Shown here one piece after another: positions 43,561 to 56,943 of a stretch of 64,000 bases of DNA. Location: positions 30,504,001 to 30,568,000 of the forward strand of contig OX597816.1 of assembly GCA_951406725.2 (NCBI GenBank), read 5' to 3'. Position 1 is the stretch's first letter, and every line of letters begins with the position of its first letter. Under the pieces are notes generated by a model, which had not been told where the DNA came from, searched no databases, and was given only the letters and a program-made list of their open reading frames with translations. The DNA is from Octopus vulgaris (lineage: Eukaryota). The position numbers were made by a program, and so were the translations under genes.

Positions 43561-44560
43561 TGACAAATACAAACAAGAAATCATACCACCTAATAAACAC
43601 AAAGAAGAAGAAGAAGATGATGAAGAAACAACAAAAGCTATAAAATAAATGAAATCCAAACTAAAAATAGAACAGCAAAGAGCCATGATAAAACGATGGC
43701 AAGAAAAGCCCCTTCATGGTAAATACTGCACTAAACTAAACGCAAAAGAAATAGACAAAGAAAAATCCCAGCAATGGTTGAGAAGCTCAGGACTCAAAGC
43801 AGAAACAGAGGGTTTTTTAATTGCAGCACAAGACCAAAGCCTCCCCACCAGAAATTACCAAAAACATGTAATGAAAAGAAATATTACAAGTAACTGCAGA
43901 ATATGTGGAGATGGACAAGAAACAATAAATCATATAATCTCTAGCTGCCCAGTCCTGGCTAAGAAGGAATATATTCACAGACATGACAGAGTTGGAACCT
44001 ACATACATTGGAAGCTATGCCAACATTATGGAATAACAACAGAAAAAAGATGGTATAGGCACACACCAGAAAAGGTCACAGAAAACGAGAAAGCAACCAT
44101 ACTCTGGGATATGCCGATACACACAGATAGAGAAATTAAGGCCAACAGACCAGATATAGTTGTCAGAGATCACGAAGAAAAAAATGCTTTCTAATTGATG
44201 TATCAATACCGGCAGATGACAACGTGTCTCTAAAAGAAATGGAGAAACTCTCAAAATACAAAGACCTGGAAATAGAGGTAACTAGAATGTGGAACCTGAA
44301 AATTGAAACAATTCCTATCATAGTAGGTGCATTAGGCATGATAAAAAAATATTCAGACAAATACATAACAAAGACACCAGGACTTACAAACACATATAAC
44401 ATACGTAGGATGTGTGCACTACTAGGCACTGCACACATCCTACGCAGAACACTTTCCATACAATAACCATCAGAGCATCACAACAAATCACAGCACATAC
44501 CCAAGGCACACAGAGCTGCGCTCAGTAGTGAAGTGAAAGCACGCTATAAAAATAAAACTA

Positions 44561-44563
<3 letters not shown>
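43561..44563 (+). mobile_element. R4/Dong-like LINE 3' fragment B in (TAA)n
   Basis: ORF 43649..44194 (PLHGKY, ETEGFLIAAQDQSL, CRIC..HIISSC, RHD, NRPDIVV) and 44224..44466 (EKLSKYKDLEIEV..PIIVGALG) give CCHC plus a PD-(D/E)xK-type RLE; ends AAACTACTG followed by (AAT)n. Confidence 0.95.
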
Positions 44564-44646
<83 letters not shown>

Positions 44647-44690
44647 CAATAATAATAATAATGATAATAATAATAATAATAGTAAAAAAT

Positions 44691-45205
44691 GACCTGATGC
44701 AGTACCAAGCAGTGGTTTTCATGGAAGTGTTATTATGTATATTGTTTTGTCTTGGTACAAAAGATGGGCTGTAGCAAATATTTTGCTCAATAACACAGAT
44801 TTGCTTGTCAGCTGCTTGACCTTAATCAGTTCAACATGTCCCTTAGGGGCTGGTGATAAGTGCATCTCTGATCACCAACAGAAGTAGTGGGGGAGCACCA
44901 AAGTAATGTGTTGAGAGGAATTCTTTGGGGTCTGAATAATTCTCCTCTGAGAACATGGGTGTTTTATTCATCACCCTTAAACAACCCTAATTCAGGGACC
45001 TTTTGAGTGAGATGGGCTACTCGACCAGACGAATATTCTAACTGGGCCCCACCTGCAAGGTCATGCGCTGTTTATCTTGATATGAGATCACCATATCGCG
45101 ATCATATGTTTGTGATGCATGTGCCTGGTAGTCATGATGGGTATAATGTGCTTCGTATATTTGTGCCCCAGTTTCACTTTGATGGAATGCACTGCTCTAT
45201 CACCC
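44691..45205 (+). mobile_element. ~515-bp non-coding interspersed repeat flanked by (AAT)n; candidate non-autonomous retroelement
   Basis: Second copy in reverse at ~50590-51060 (shared core GGTCATGCGCTGTTTATCTTGATATGAGATCACCAT); (AAT)n before and AATAATAAT after. Confidence 0.75.
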
Positions 45206-45921
45206 AATAATAATAGGAATGATAATTTCTTATACTTGGCACTCGGGACTTGGCACTTGGACGAAGGATGAAGGTTCAATACAAGGACAGACATAAAGTG
45301 TAGGGGTTTACATATCATAAAATGACAAAATAATGGTTTCAAATTTTGGCACAAGGCTGGAAATTTCGTGGGTAGGTTTATGATAAATTTTTGTCAGAAA
45401 TTATTTTCCCTCTTTTTGGACTCCTCAAAAAGTTTGAATTGTTCTACTTGAACTTACATTTCTCTCTTTCTCTCTCTCTCTCTCGCTCACACACACACAT
45501 ATGTGTGTGTATGTGTGTGCACATGTATACATGCACACGCGCATAAATTCTGTTTTGTTTTAACCTGGGAAGTCAAAATCAAAATGAATGATTGCTTCAG
45601 CCTCCACATATTCTGACGTCACATATTCTGACGTCACTTTTATTTCTATTCTGCTTTATATACGTTATTCATAAGAATGTTTCGTCATATGCCTCGTTCA
45701 AAATCCTTCGATTTAATCCTTGGGTTCATTGTTTTCAGCCTGTGACGAATTGTTTTCTCTGTTTCTGAAATAATTTTCAGTCTTGCCTTGTGTAGCATAT
45801 CTTGTGCCTTTCCCTGTCACGGTTTTAGTTCGATTGATTCCATTGCCGTTCGTATTCCTATCCAACATTTTTCAACCCTTGGCATTGCACTTCTTTATAC
45901 CTATTATATAAAATAACACGA

Positions 45922-46135
45922 TGCAGCGTGCTAGCAGAATCGTTAGACCACTGGGCAAAATGCTTAGCAGCATTTAGTCAGTCCGTACGTTTGAGTTAAA
46001 ATACTGCCGATGTCGACTTTGCTTTTCTTCTCTCTCTGGGTCGATTAAATAAATACCAGTTGAGGTCTGGCGTCGATGTAATCGACTAACTCCTTCCCCC
46101 GAAACTGCTGATCTTGTCCCAAAATTTGAAACCAA
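45922..46135 (+). mobile_element. Diverged family B SINE
   Basis: gctagcagaatcgttag...gtcgactttgcttttc...caaaatttgaaaccaat. Confidence 0.75.
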
Positions 46136-46911
46136 TATATAAAACAGTTTAAATTTTGAGAATTGTTTATACGTTTATTAACAATGGATTCCAACTATTT
46201 AGCGATATCTTAATTCAGGCAGTTTTGATTTCTGGTAGATTTCTTCTTATGATATATTTCTGCAATTTTTCTCTTTTTCTTTTCTTTTCGATTTTAATTT
46301 CATAAAGGATTCGTAGATTTTTTCTCTGCATCTTTGTTTTCCACGTTGCTTTGTTTCAGTTTTGACATTCCCCCGATGAGTAAATCTGAGTAACAATATT
46401 TCTTTTGTATCTACTCTTTTCATTAATTCTCAGATGACAAGATTTGCACTCTTTTTATTGATATTACTATTTCGTAGTTGAATTTATTCTTGTGAGATGT
46501 TTTTTATTCTTTTGTTTAAAGAAAGTTCTTATATTGATTTTGGTTCTTTAACTATTTGAATCTTTACATTGTTGTTATGTTCAAACTTTTTAATATTTAA
46601 AATGTTCTGTTAATAAATATCTAATATATTCTCATTCATTCATAATTCATTTGCATTGTTCATGTTTGGTTTCCGTTGACCAATATTTTGTATGACTGCT
46701 AAGATTTCATTTTGTCGAGTTTTTCTTCGGTCACATTCGTGCTCGATGGAAAATCTACAGGGGATTAGTGGCGAACAAGTGCAGATTATGTTCTTGGGGA
46801 AACTACAGGTGTCAACTAGAATCTGTTGCTGGTCTGTTTTGGTGAACTTTCTGTCCTGGGCTCATAAATAATTTCCAGAAATCTACGGTACAACTATCGA
46901 AATCGTTGCCA

Positions 46912-47076
46912 GGCGCAGGAGTGGCTGTGTGGTAAGTAGCTTGTCTACCAACCACATGGTTCCGGGTTCAGTCCCACTGCGTGGCAGCCTGGGCAAGTGT
47001 CTTCTACTATAGCCTTGGGCCGACCAAAGCCTAGTGAGTGGATTTGGTAGACGGAAACTGAAAGAAGCCCGTCGTA

Positions 47077-47132
<56 letters not shown>

Positions 47133-47357
47133 TGTGTGTGTTTGTGTGTCTGCGTTTGTCCCCTAGCTTTGCTTGACAACCGATACTGGTGTGTTTATGT
47201 CCCCGTTACTTAGCGGTTCGGCAAAAGAGACCTATAGAATAAGTACTGGGCTTACAAAAGAATAAGTCCCGGGGTCGAGTTGTCGATTAAAAAGGCGGTG
47301 CTCCAGCATGGCCACAGTCAAATGACTGAAACAAGTAAAAGAGTAAAAGAGTAAAGA
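46912..47357 (+). mobile_element. Full-length family A SINE
   Basis: ggcgcaggagtggctgtgtggtaag head, internal (TA)n, (AGTAAAAG)n tail; homologous to 26247-26653. Confidence 0.93.
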
Positions 47358-47369
47358 ATTCGTGATACA

Positions 47370-48022
47370 ATCTACAGGTACGATAGAAGCGGAGCCGGAC
47401 CTGCTCGGGGAGCGCATAGAGCGACACAGCCAATCTGCATGCACTCTTCTAGTACCCCAGTATTGTTAATTTGTGGGTTTATGTTGAAAAATTGCTGTAA
47501 AGAGCAGGACAGATTCAATTATGAGCTGGGTTCCTTATGACGATCACTCCTGCCGCTCTCCTTTGCCCAGGAATGGCAGGCATGTCTGTCAGCCATGTCA
47601 AAAGAAGTTGTTTGGTAGACAAGACTAATAGGACAGGATACAGAGACTTACCTCTTTGTCTATTCATCAACTTTTCAGATTCACATGAACAGAAAACTGA
47701 ATGTGGAGAGAGAGGTGCTACCTTCTAACAATTTTGTTGTTTGATGGGTGAGTGTGGCCTGAGTAAATTGTCCTGCATTGAGCGTCTTCTTTTAAATTGA
47801 AAAAACGAATAGATGGTCACTTTGCTTAAGTGGCCAGGGTTATTGTGTTTTTTTATAGGATTTTCACGGGTAGCCCTCGGAGGTCTCCCAGCTTACTAGA
47901 GTATGTACGTCGTTTAGAATGTTATTGTTATGTTATTCTTGTAAGTTTTGCTTTCATAGAACAGTTTATGGTTTTCTGTTTCGTACCTACCAATGTACCA
48001 ATGTCATTTGAGATCAATAAAT
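47370..48022 (+). mobile_element. L1/Tx1-like LINE 3' end, decayed
   Basis: Broken translation LHALF.YPSIVNLWVYVEKLL...VKEVVW.TR parallels 19150-19330; ends in an aataaataa tail. Confidence 0.5.
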
Positions 48023-48026
48023 AAGG

Positions 48027-48057
<31 letters not shown>

Positions 48058-48122
48058 GTCGTCGTCGTCGTAATCGGTGTTGTTATTATTATTGTTGTTG
48101 TTGCCGTTGTTATTATTATCAA

Positions 48123-48163
<41 letters not shown>

Positions 48164-48599
48164 TCTTTGGCTGAAGTCCTGCTGCAAGAAAATACCAAGA
48201 GCGGGCAACCAGTTTTTAGAACAATGTCTCTCAACCTTTTTAATATCCAACTTACATCCAAAACCTGGATTCTTTTTAGTGAGTCGCACGAAAACATGGG
48301 TCCTATCGACTTAAAAATAAAGGCATATTAGACATTGAGAAGCTAGATACACTATGTCAGCAAAAAGGATGGTCACAATCGAAGCGTCCAACAACATGGT
48401 CTTTTAACAGCGACCTGTTAAACTGCAAAGAAAATAAAAGCTACCACATACACCTCAAATATTAAAATACGAACAGGAGTGGCTGTGTGGTAAGTAGCTT
48501 GCTTACCAACCACATGGTTCCGGGTTCATTCCCACTGCGTGGTACCTTGGGCAAGTGTCTTCTACTATAGCCTCGGCCAACCAAAGCCAAGTAAATTTT

Positions 48600-49640
48600 A
48601 GAATAATTCAGTATTTTAATAGAGGAAAACCGTAACAAAAATTAGTAGACAATAAATTTTTATGTTGAACTTGACTTTGCTTTCGACTCTCAAAAGGTTT
48701 AACAGAACGAGAGCATATGGAGGAAGAAGCAGTACACAAACGCTGGTTGACATGAAGGCCAGTTATTCAGTTGCGCAATCTTGTTTTGATGCCCACCAGA
48801 TTGCTGAAAATTGCTTCAAACACGTATGTTGAACAAAATACAGATTCTGTGCATTAGTAATCAAGTTAGGATATTTCCCTTCTAGTATTTGAACACGGCA
48901 ATGGCCTGATTCATAATTTCGCCATCTAAATACAGCTCCTTGTGACAAACCAGAAGGTAGCTAATCCCTATTGCCATTGTTACCGCTTTAGAATCATTTA
49001 CATATTTGAAGAAATTCGTTTACTTTGTGCGCGCTGGCTTCTTTAAGAATTCCAACTTCCTTCTCTTTGATTCTCTTTAGTAGCAATCATATTTGACAGA
49101 ATGAGTTTTCTAGTAGCTCTCAGCATTGATCGACTTTAAACACTTTATCACCATAGGGTAGAGAATCCAGTTACATTGTAGTCTTTTTCAACCAAAAATA
49201 TTTTACTTCCTCATCGTCTTAAGATGAACGGTTCTCTTACATAAGGCTATAAGCTTTTTTCGAAGTTAGTACTGCCATGACAGTGGGTGATAATGCGCAG
49301 ATGAAGGAAAAACTAATAACTAACTTACTAACTTCTTGCTTTGCTAATCTTGGTAATCGAAATACTCAGCACGTGCAGATCAATAATGCTCATTTACTAT
49401 TCTGTGATTGGTCTATGTGAATAAGCGTTTCTTGCCAATGTGTCTCCCCATGTCTTTCTCAATGTCGCAAGCTCGAGTCAATGAATGAAAGGAAAGAGTG
49501 CGGTTTCAGTTGAAGAGGAAATCTAAGCTTGATATTTTCCCCAAATATTTTATTTTGGCACCAGTATTTCTTAATATGCATGGAAACATTCTAAATTAGG
49601 AGGAGTTTTCAATATATTAAAAATATTCGAGGGCCGCATA
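48600..49640 (-). mobile_element. Possible decayed hAT (Charlie/SPIN-like) transposon 5' part
   Basis: Minus-strand tgcggccc subterminal motif at ~49630. Frameshifted fragments ENRS, KRRKLEFLK and DGEIMNQAIAVF resemble N-termini of GTF2IRD2/SPIN-type transposases. No TIR pair seen. Confidence 0.35.
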
Positions 49641-49759
49641 ATAAGTCCTGGGGTAGATTTACTCGATTAAAGGCGGTGTCCCAGTATGGCCGCAGTCAAA
49701 TGACTGAAACAAGTAAAAGAGTAAAAGAGATATATTTTCATCAGGGTAACACTTACATC

Positions 49760-50590
49760 TATAGTCTACAAGTATTTTCTTCCCTACCTTTAATAATTAT
49801 ATCAAATCGATTAGCCTGGATCGTTCTGTCAGCGTTGACTGGAAAACCCTAGAGGATAGTGACACTTTTATCTTCAGCAAGTAGCTCAGGATGATGTTCA
49901 TACAAGTAAGCAGGAGTGCTGATTTTGTAGTGTTTACATATTTTCCAATATAAATACTGGCAATTTTTGTATTCGTTTGGTGTCAGCACAGGACATCTCG
50001 AGACGATATGGTTTATTGTTTTGTCAATTGTGTCGCAGAACCTGCATTTAGGGTCAGAACCGTTTTGTAGAAACCTAGCCTGATAGTTTTTTTTTTGTAA
50101 GCAAGCTTTGATCCTGTGCCACCAATATGAAACCTTCAGTCTTTGCTTTCATTCCTGAACTTCTAAGGCACTGAGTTGTTGCATGGTCTACATCAGCATT
50201 TGAACTTCGAAGTATATACTGTCCATGCAGAGGCTTCTGGCTCCACTGCTCTTCAATTTGTTTCTGCCGGTTCTTTTTTGCAGCCTGCTCGATCCGTTTT
50301 GCTTGCTTTGTTGCAGTGGTTTCATGTTCCTCATCTATTTCATGGTTAATGACAAGTTACTTCGAATTTGCAAGCTTCCTTGACAATCGAATGTGATTTT
50401 TTGCTGCTTTTGTGTTTTTGCACACAAGGCGCAGCGCCCAGTCCTCTCTACTAGGTAAGTACCTGCTCATTGCTATTGTGGAAGTCTTATATCACTTCCC
50501 CCATTACTTCCAGGTAGGTACAGACGATCAACGTCTGCTTTTGGGTGGTGGTGCATGTTCTTAGATGCAAGAACTTTTCCTGTCTTCCTG
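49760..50590 (-). mobile_element. R4/Dong-like LINE fragment, diverged subfamily
   Basis: MHHHPKADVDRLYLP, LHGQY, RSSGMKAKTEGFILVAQDQSL, KCRFC..TINHIVSRCPVL on the minus strand. Confidence 0.88.
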
Positions 50591-51060
50591 GAGTATAAAT
50601 ATACGAAGACCAATATAGCCATCAGGACTTCCTGTCTGATAAGGGTGCACCAGGCACATTCATCACAGCCATATGTGCGCGACATGGTGATCTCATATCA
50701 AGATAAACAGCGCATGACCTTGTAGGCGAGCCCAGTTTGAATTTTCTTCAGGGCATGTAGCACATCCCGCTCAAAACATCCATGAATAAGGTATCTTTAC
50801 GGATGATGAACGAAAAACTCATCTTTCCAGAGGCGAATTATTGAAACGGCAAAGAATTCTTCTTAACACATGGCTGTGATGCTCCCTCGTTACTCCTGCT
50901 CGTGATCAGAGATGCACATATCGTTAGCCACTAAGGGACGTGTTCAACTGGTTATGGTCAAGCAGCTGGTAAGCAAATCTGTAGTATTGAGCAGAATATT
51001 TGCTGTAACCCATCATTTATACCAAGACAAAACATGTACATGATAACATTTTCAATCAAT
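50590..51060 (-). mobile_element. Second copy of the 44691-45205 non-coding repeat
   Basis: Reverse-complement homology over ~470 bp. Confidence 0.8.
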
Positions 51061-51344
51061 TAATATGTGTGATATTGTGTTGGAACTTCTACGTGGTAAG
51101 TTCGAATAATACGGAGATCAATTTTGCCTTCCACTTTTCGGGGTCAATGTAATATAAAACAGTTAAATGCCAGGGTTCGTCTTTTCAAATGAAACATCCA
51201 TTTTTTAAAAATTCAGACCATGTGTCTAAGACAAAGAAAAAAAATTATATCGATATCAGCACAACCGATTGAGCGATTGGCAAATTTCTTTCGTTTACTT
51301 ATATAACTATACATGTTCTGATTTCAAACCCAACTGGGGCCAAC

Positions 51345-51750
51345 CGGCAGCGGGCCGGCAGAATCGCTAACTCGCATTTCTTCCGTCTTTACACCCTGAG
51401 TTCAAATTCCACCAAAGTAAACTTTGCCTTTTATCCCCTGGAGCATAGATGAAATAAGTATCAGTTAAGTACTGGGGTATATGTAATTAACTTTCCTTTT
51501 CCCCAAAAATTTCAGGCCTTATACCTGTAGCGGAAATGATTATTATTCCAACCTAAGGCAGCAGCGAGCTGGTAGAATTGCTACAGCGTTGAAAATACGT
51601 TTTGAAGTAACTGTTCTGGGTCTTTAAGTTCTGATTTTTGTCTAACCGAAGTCACCTCTGCCTCTCGTCCTTTCGGAGTCAATAAAATAAAGTACCGTTC
51701 AGTATCTGAGGTCGATGGTTTTAGACTGATCCTCTTCCTCAAAATTATAT
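51345..51750 (+). mobile_element. Two tandem diverged family B SINEs
   Basis: Heads ggcagcgggccggcagaatcg (~51346) and ggcagcagcgagctggtagaattg (~51558), each followed by the aataagta core. Confidence 0.65.
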
Positions 51751-54294
51751 GTAAATTATAATCGATCGTTATTACTAGCTTTTCGCTACGATAGTTCCTT
51801 CTCCAGTGAAGCCGAGCCATGGTTATATATAGTTCAAGATATCATAAACAATATGACAGAAATCATTTGATAAGAAACCTGTTTTATGAACTATCGTGTT
51901 TCATACAAACAGTTCTATTATGACAGGTGTATGAGTGCACACAAACACGCTGCATAAACACTGTTGCACAAACAAACACATTTGTTCAATCACAAACACG
52001 CCGATCATACGCAAACACAGTTCTGTTTATAAAATCGTGTTTTCTCTAGAGTGTCGCTTTCATGCACTAAATAATTACGATTTTAGTTTCAACAACTTTC
52101 GTTGCACGTTTTTTTCTATTTTTCGAAATTAAATAGAACAAAATTTCAATAATAATTCAACCTGTCTTTTCTCACTTTTAAAATCTTCTTTTATATCTAC
52201 ACTTTCTTTCATTTTCATTTAAAACTGAAAATGATCAAAGGTGGTGTATTGGCAGAATCGTTAGAGTATGGCAAAAAAACTCTTGGTGGTATTTGTTCTG
52301 GTTCTCTGAATTCTGATTTCAAATCTCCTAGACACGAATATTGAATTCTATCTTTCGATAGCCGATAAAATAAATAAGCAACCCACGGTACTGGGTTCGA
52401 GTTCTGAGAGCACTGAATGACATACCTCACTCTATTAGTTCTGATTCTTTTTTATTCTAAGATGAAGTTGTGGACTTGATATATTTCCAAGTTTACTACC
52501 TCCACGTACACGCTAGGTGTCTCCAGTGCGTTTCAACTTTTAAGCGTTCGATTTAGGTAACGGTCACAGGATTGTTTCTTTGTTTCTCTTAACAGTCTCA
52601 GACAAAAGAAGTGATATGCGTCGCACTTCTGTTTCTGACTGTATGTTATGTCTTCATTAAGGTGCATCTCAGAGTGTTTTAACTAATAAGAGTGTATTTA
52701 AATGCATTGCCGTATGAAAGAAATTTGGGGCTAAATCAATATTCTTCGCAAAATATTTTGTGGCATCGCTGATTTCGTATCTCACTAGGTCCTAACTTGC
52801 CTTTCATCACTCCAAAGTTTATGTAAAAAAAGAAATGGAACTGGATTTGAGTACACTTTTACTCCAAATTAGAAACCTGTTAGAAAGCTATATTTCATGA
52901 AATCATGAAAAGATTTTGAGCAATAAGAAATAGCTTACATTGAGGTGGCAATTCGGTCTTACATCTTGATTAATACATGTTTACTTACAATTAATCCACC
53001 ATTGCTCCTGTGTAAACATGTATGTCCACAATGTTCCAAATATTCGTGTTAATTTAGTTTTCTGTAAAATATAAAAGAAGTAATAATTTCTGGCATTGTT
53101 GTATTCCACCCCTATTACAATTTAAGGGTTATAGGTTTAAACTGTCGCCTTGATTAACACCAACATTAGTTCTTTGAGTGCTTTGGCAGAATTAATTCTG
53201 TTACAAATATTTGGGCCAATGTTCCGGTCTGAGGAAATCTTCACTTTTACGAACCAGTCGGAGTGGATCTGAAAATAGTATTGGTTGTTCCGCTTTTTCT
53301 GAATAAACTATAAAAACTAGAATATTATCAACGGTTCAGGTACCAGATTGGAAGCACAAAAAGGAAAAAAAGTACAAATAAGATCTCCAAGATGTTCAGT
53401 CAGGTGATGAAAAAGCATGGGATAGCAAAATGGTATGATTTACCAAACAAGGCGTAAGGTTAAAGTGAGTCAACATATATCATCTCTTTGTTGAGTTTCC
53501 AATGGACTGACATATATCACACTAGGCTAAAAAGCGTTGGGTTATTCACCCACTAACAAGGGACTGGATCCAGATTTAGACAGTCGTGAGACCTGTTAGT
53601 GAGACTGGTGCATAGTACGTACGTAGCTCTCCGAGTCGTCGGGGGTTCGGTGCGTTGCAAAGATGAAGTTCGATAATCTTCAAACATGGGAAAGAGTAAA
53701 TCACTCTGAAAGTGGATAACTTCAACGGCTGTCACAGATCCTTACCCAACTGCCTCTGTCGCTGGCATCATAGCCAGCTACTCAAGGTGGTGGTGGTGAT
53801 CACAAAAAAACACAAGCTTGGAATTACTGGTGCAGCAAAATGATGGGAAATACTTTCTACGGCTGAAGCTACAGAGAAAGATGATAGAAGGCGTTGGATA
53901 AAGAAGGTAAATGTGTAGCTTATTGCTTCTGAGATGCACTCTGTGATTGATCGACTCTGATTAGGTTAAGTGCGCAACGGAGTCTGTTAAAAGACCCTAA
54001 ACTCTTTAAGATTTCAGAGACATCAATGATGATGCATCCCAGAGTTTCCATTAAATATTGCTTGGAACTTTCAAATGTGAACTAATGAAGCAGAATTTTC
54101 GTTGCCGCTTTTATGCTGTAAACAGGAGATTAACAACTCTTAAATGGATCCTATCGACTTAAAAATAAATGCATATTAGGCATTGAGAAGCTAGATACAC
54201 TATGGCTGCAAAAAGGATGGTCACAATCGAAGCGTCCAACAAACTGCAAAGAAAATAAAAGCTACCACATACACCTCAAATATTAAAATACAAA

Positions 54295-54694
54295 CAGGAG
54301 TGGCTGTGTGGTAAGTAGCTTGCTTACAAACCACATGCTTGCGGGTCCATTCCCACTGCGTGACACCTTGGGCAAGTGTCTTCTACTATAGCTTCGGCCG
54401 ACCAAAGCCTTGTGAGTGGATTTGGTAGACGGAAACTGAAAGAAGTCCGTCGTATATATGTATATATATATATGCATGTGTGTGTGTTTATGTGTTTGTG
54501 TTTGTCCCCCCCCCCCAATCGCTTGACAACCGATGGTGGTGTGTTTACGTCCCTATAACCTGTTCGGCAAAAGAGACTGATAGAATAAGTACTAGGCTTA
54601 CAAAGAATAAGTCCTGGAGTCGATTTGCTCGACTAAAGGCGGTGCTCCAGCATGGCCACAGTCAAATGACTGAAACAAATAAAAGAGTAAAAGA
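54295..54694 (+). mobile_element. Family A SINE
   Basis: Homologous to 26247-26653 over its full length. Confidence 0.92.
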
Positions 54695-54928
54695 ATGTAG
54701 TGTGTGATGCAATATGTCTGAAAGTAAGTCAGAGTCGTCATAGCACGGTACTTATTTTATAAGTCTTGGTCTGGAGCTAAATGTTATTGGCAACAAAAAT
54801 ATATTCATTTATCTCACTACAGATATTCTTCATACACGAGCCACAAAAGAAGTTTGAAGCAGTAAATAAATTCCCTTCTGATCACATGCTACCGTATAGA
54901 AAAAGGAAGAACATATTGAATAAAGTAG

Positions 54929-55143
54929 TTTTTTTTTTGTTTTTTTTACTTGTTTCAGTCATTTGACTGCGGCCATGCTGGAGCACCGCCTTTAGTCGAG
55001 CAACTCGACCTCGGGACTTATTCTTTGTAAGCCTAGTACTTATTCCATCGGTCTCTTTTGCCGAACCGCTAAGTGACGGAGACGTAAACACACCACCATC
55101 GGTTGTCAACCAATGCTTGGGGGACAAACACACACACAAACAT

Positions 55144-55234
<91 letters not shown>

Positions 55235-55390
55235 TACGACGGGCTTCTTTCAGTTTCCGTCTACAAAATCCACTCACAAGGCTTTGGTCAGCCCGAGGCT
55301 ATAGTATAAGACATTTGACCAAGGTGCCACGCAGTGGGACTGAACCCGGAACCATGTGGTTGGTTAGCAAGCTACTTACCACACCTCCTG
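54929..55390 (-). mobile_element. Family A SINE in inverted orientation
   Basis: Reverse complement of family A, with internal (CA)n(TA)n. Confidence 0.92.
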
Positions 55391-55545
55391 TGAATATACA
55401 AACAGGTGATATAGTCAAGGCTGTGATCCTACGTCAACACAACCAAGACTTTCCAAGAATAAACGAGAGCAGCACCAACAACACAATACAAACCAGTATT
55501 CCCTGTTTATTCATAAACCACGCAGTAATAACACTTTAGTAATAA

Positions 55546-55941
55546 CTAGCAGTATCGCCCGGCGTTGCTCGGGTTTGTAAGGAAAATAACTATATAAGCA
55601 ATTTTAGAGAGTTATAGCCAAAGAATAACAAAAATGCATTAAAATTGGAGAAAAAATGATAGTAATTTTTTTTAAAAATCGTTGACTCATCGTAGACATT
55701 TTTAGAGAGTTACTTCCCTTATATAATAGCGAAAAAATGCATTAAAATGGAAAAAAATGATGGTAAATTTTTTTTTAAATCGTAGACTCATAGTAGATGC
55801 GCGCTAATACCCAGAAGGGCTCGATATGAATCACGACTATAAGATACCCGGTTTTGGTTAAACTGCACCGCAAAATGTGGGAGTAGTTAGGAATCTAAAT
55901 CGTAGGAGGCAGACACACAACCTCTCTTTTATATATAAAGA
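55546..55941 (-). mobile_element. Non-autonomous Helitron, ~396 bp
   Basis: Minus strand reads A|TCTTTATATATAAAA...CCCGAGCAACGCCGGG-CGATACTG-CTAG|T: canonical 5'-TC, 3'-CTAG, subterminal hairpin, AT target, no TSD; internal ~100-bp direct repeat. Confidence 0.85.
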
Positions 55942-56943
55942 TTACCCAACTGTTTACTTTCCATTCTTTTAATTGACTTCTTCTGGCACCAGAATTCCTT
56001 AAACGTATCTTTTCCAACGTTTATGTATTTGTTCAAGTAATTTTGAATTATTTTTTACGTATTCACTACTAAAATCAATTCTTTTTATTTTCATACGAGG
56101 CAACAGCACATTCACTGACATATTAATACTTCATATGTAATTCTTGATGTTCAAGTATATCTACCGAACTAAATATATTTTTCATTATTCCCTACTTCAA
56201 AACTACTCCACTATACTTCAAAGATAAGTTTATTTCCATTAAGCATATATTCAAACTGTAGTTTCTTCTATAGTCTAAAAATTTTCTTTCTAAAGTTTTC
56301 TTCTCGTCTGTTTTATTTTTTTGTTCTTTTCTTTGTTTTCTGTTTTGACGAATTATCTTTCAAAATTAATACCTGTTGTTTCTGAACCTTAAAATATACT
56401 TCAGCAAAAGGGGCTTACACTCTCATCTGCCTTTCAAGTAAAAACAGCTCTAGGAAAATTTACTCAGGATTTTTATTTATATTTTCTAGCTTTTAGAACT
56501 CTGGGAGACACCAGACAAAGACAAGCCAAGTAATTCATTCTATGAAGCATCAAATGATGAATAGCAAAGTTAACCAATATAAGATTTAATTCAGATTCTA
56601 TAGTGCAGGAAAAAATATCACAAAATATTTTGTTCGTTGTAAAAAATCTACCAAATTCAAGCCTCTTGCAAAGTAAGAATCAATTCTATGATTCTACCAT
56701 TCCTAAATATTTATAAACTGACATGTTTACCAGTTGTACAATAATTTCATCTTATATGGATTTTTAAACATCGTTTGCCACTATTTTTCTGCCACTCATT
56801 TTAGATACCCAATGCTTTTGAATACAAAACTCTATCACAATAATTTCAGTAGCATGATAGACACACTTACAAGAAATAGCAACCAAATTTCACTCAAATA
56901 ACACCATAGTACCATTTAAACATATTCAGATCTCATATTCCTA

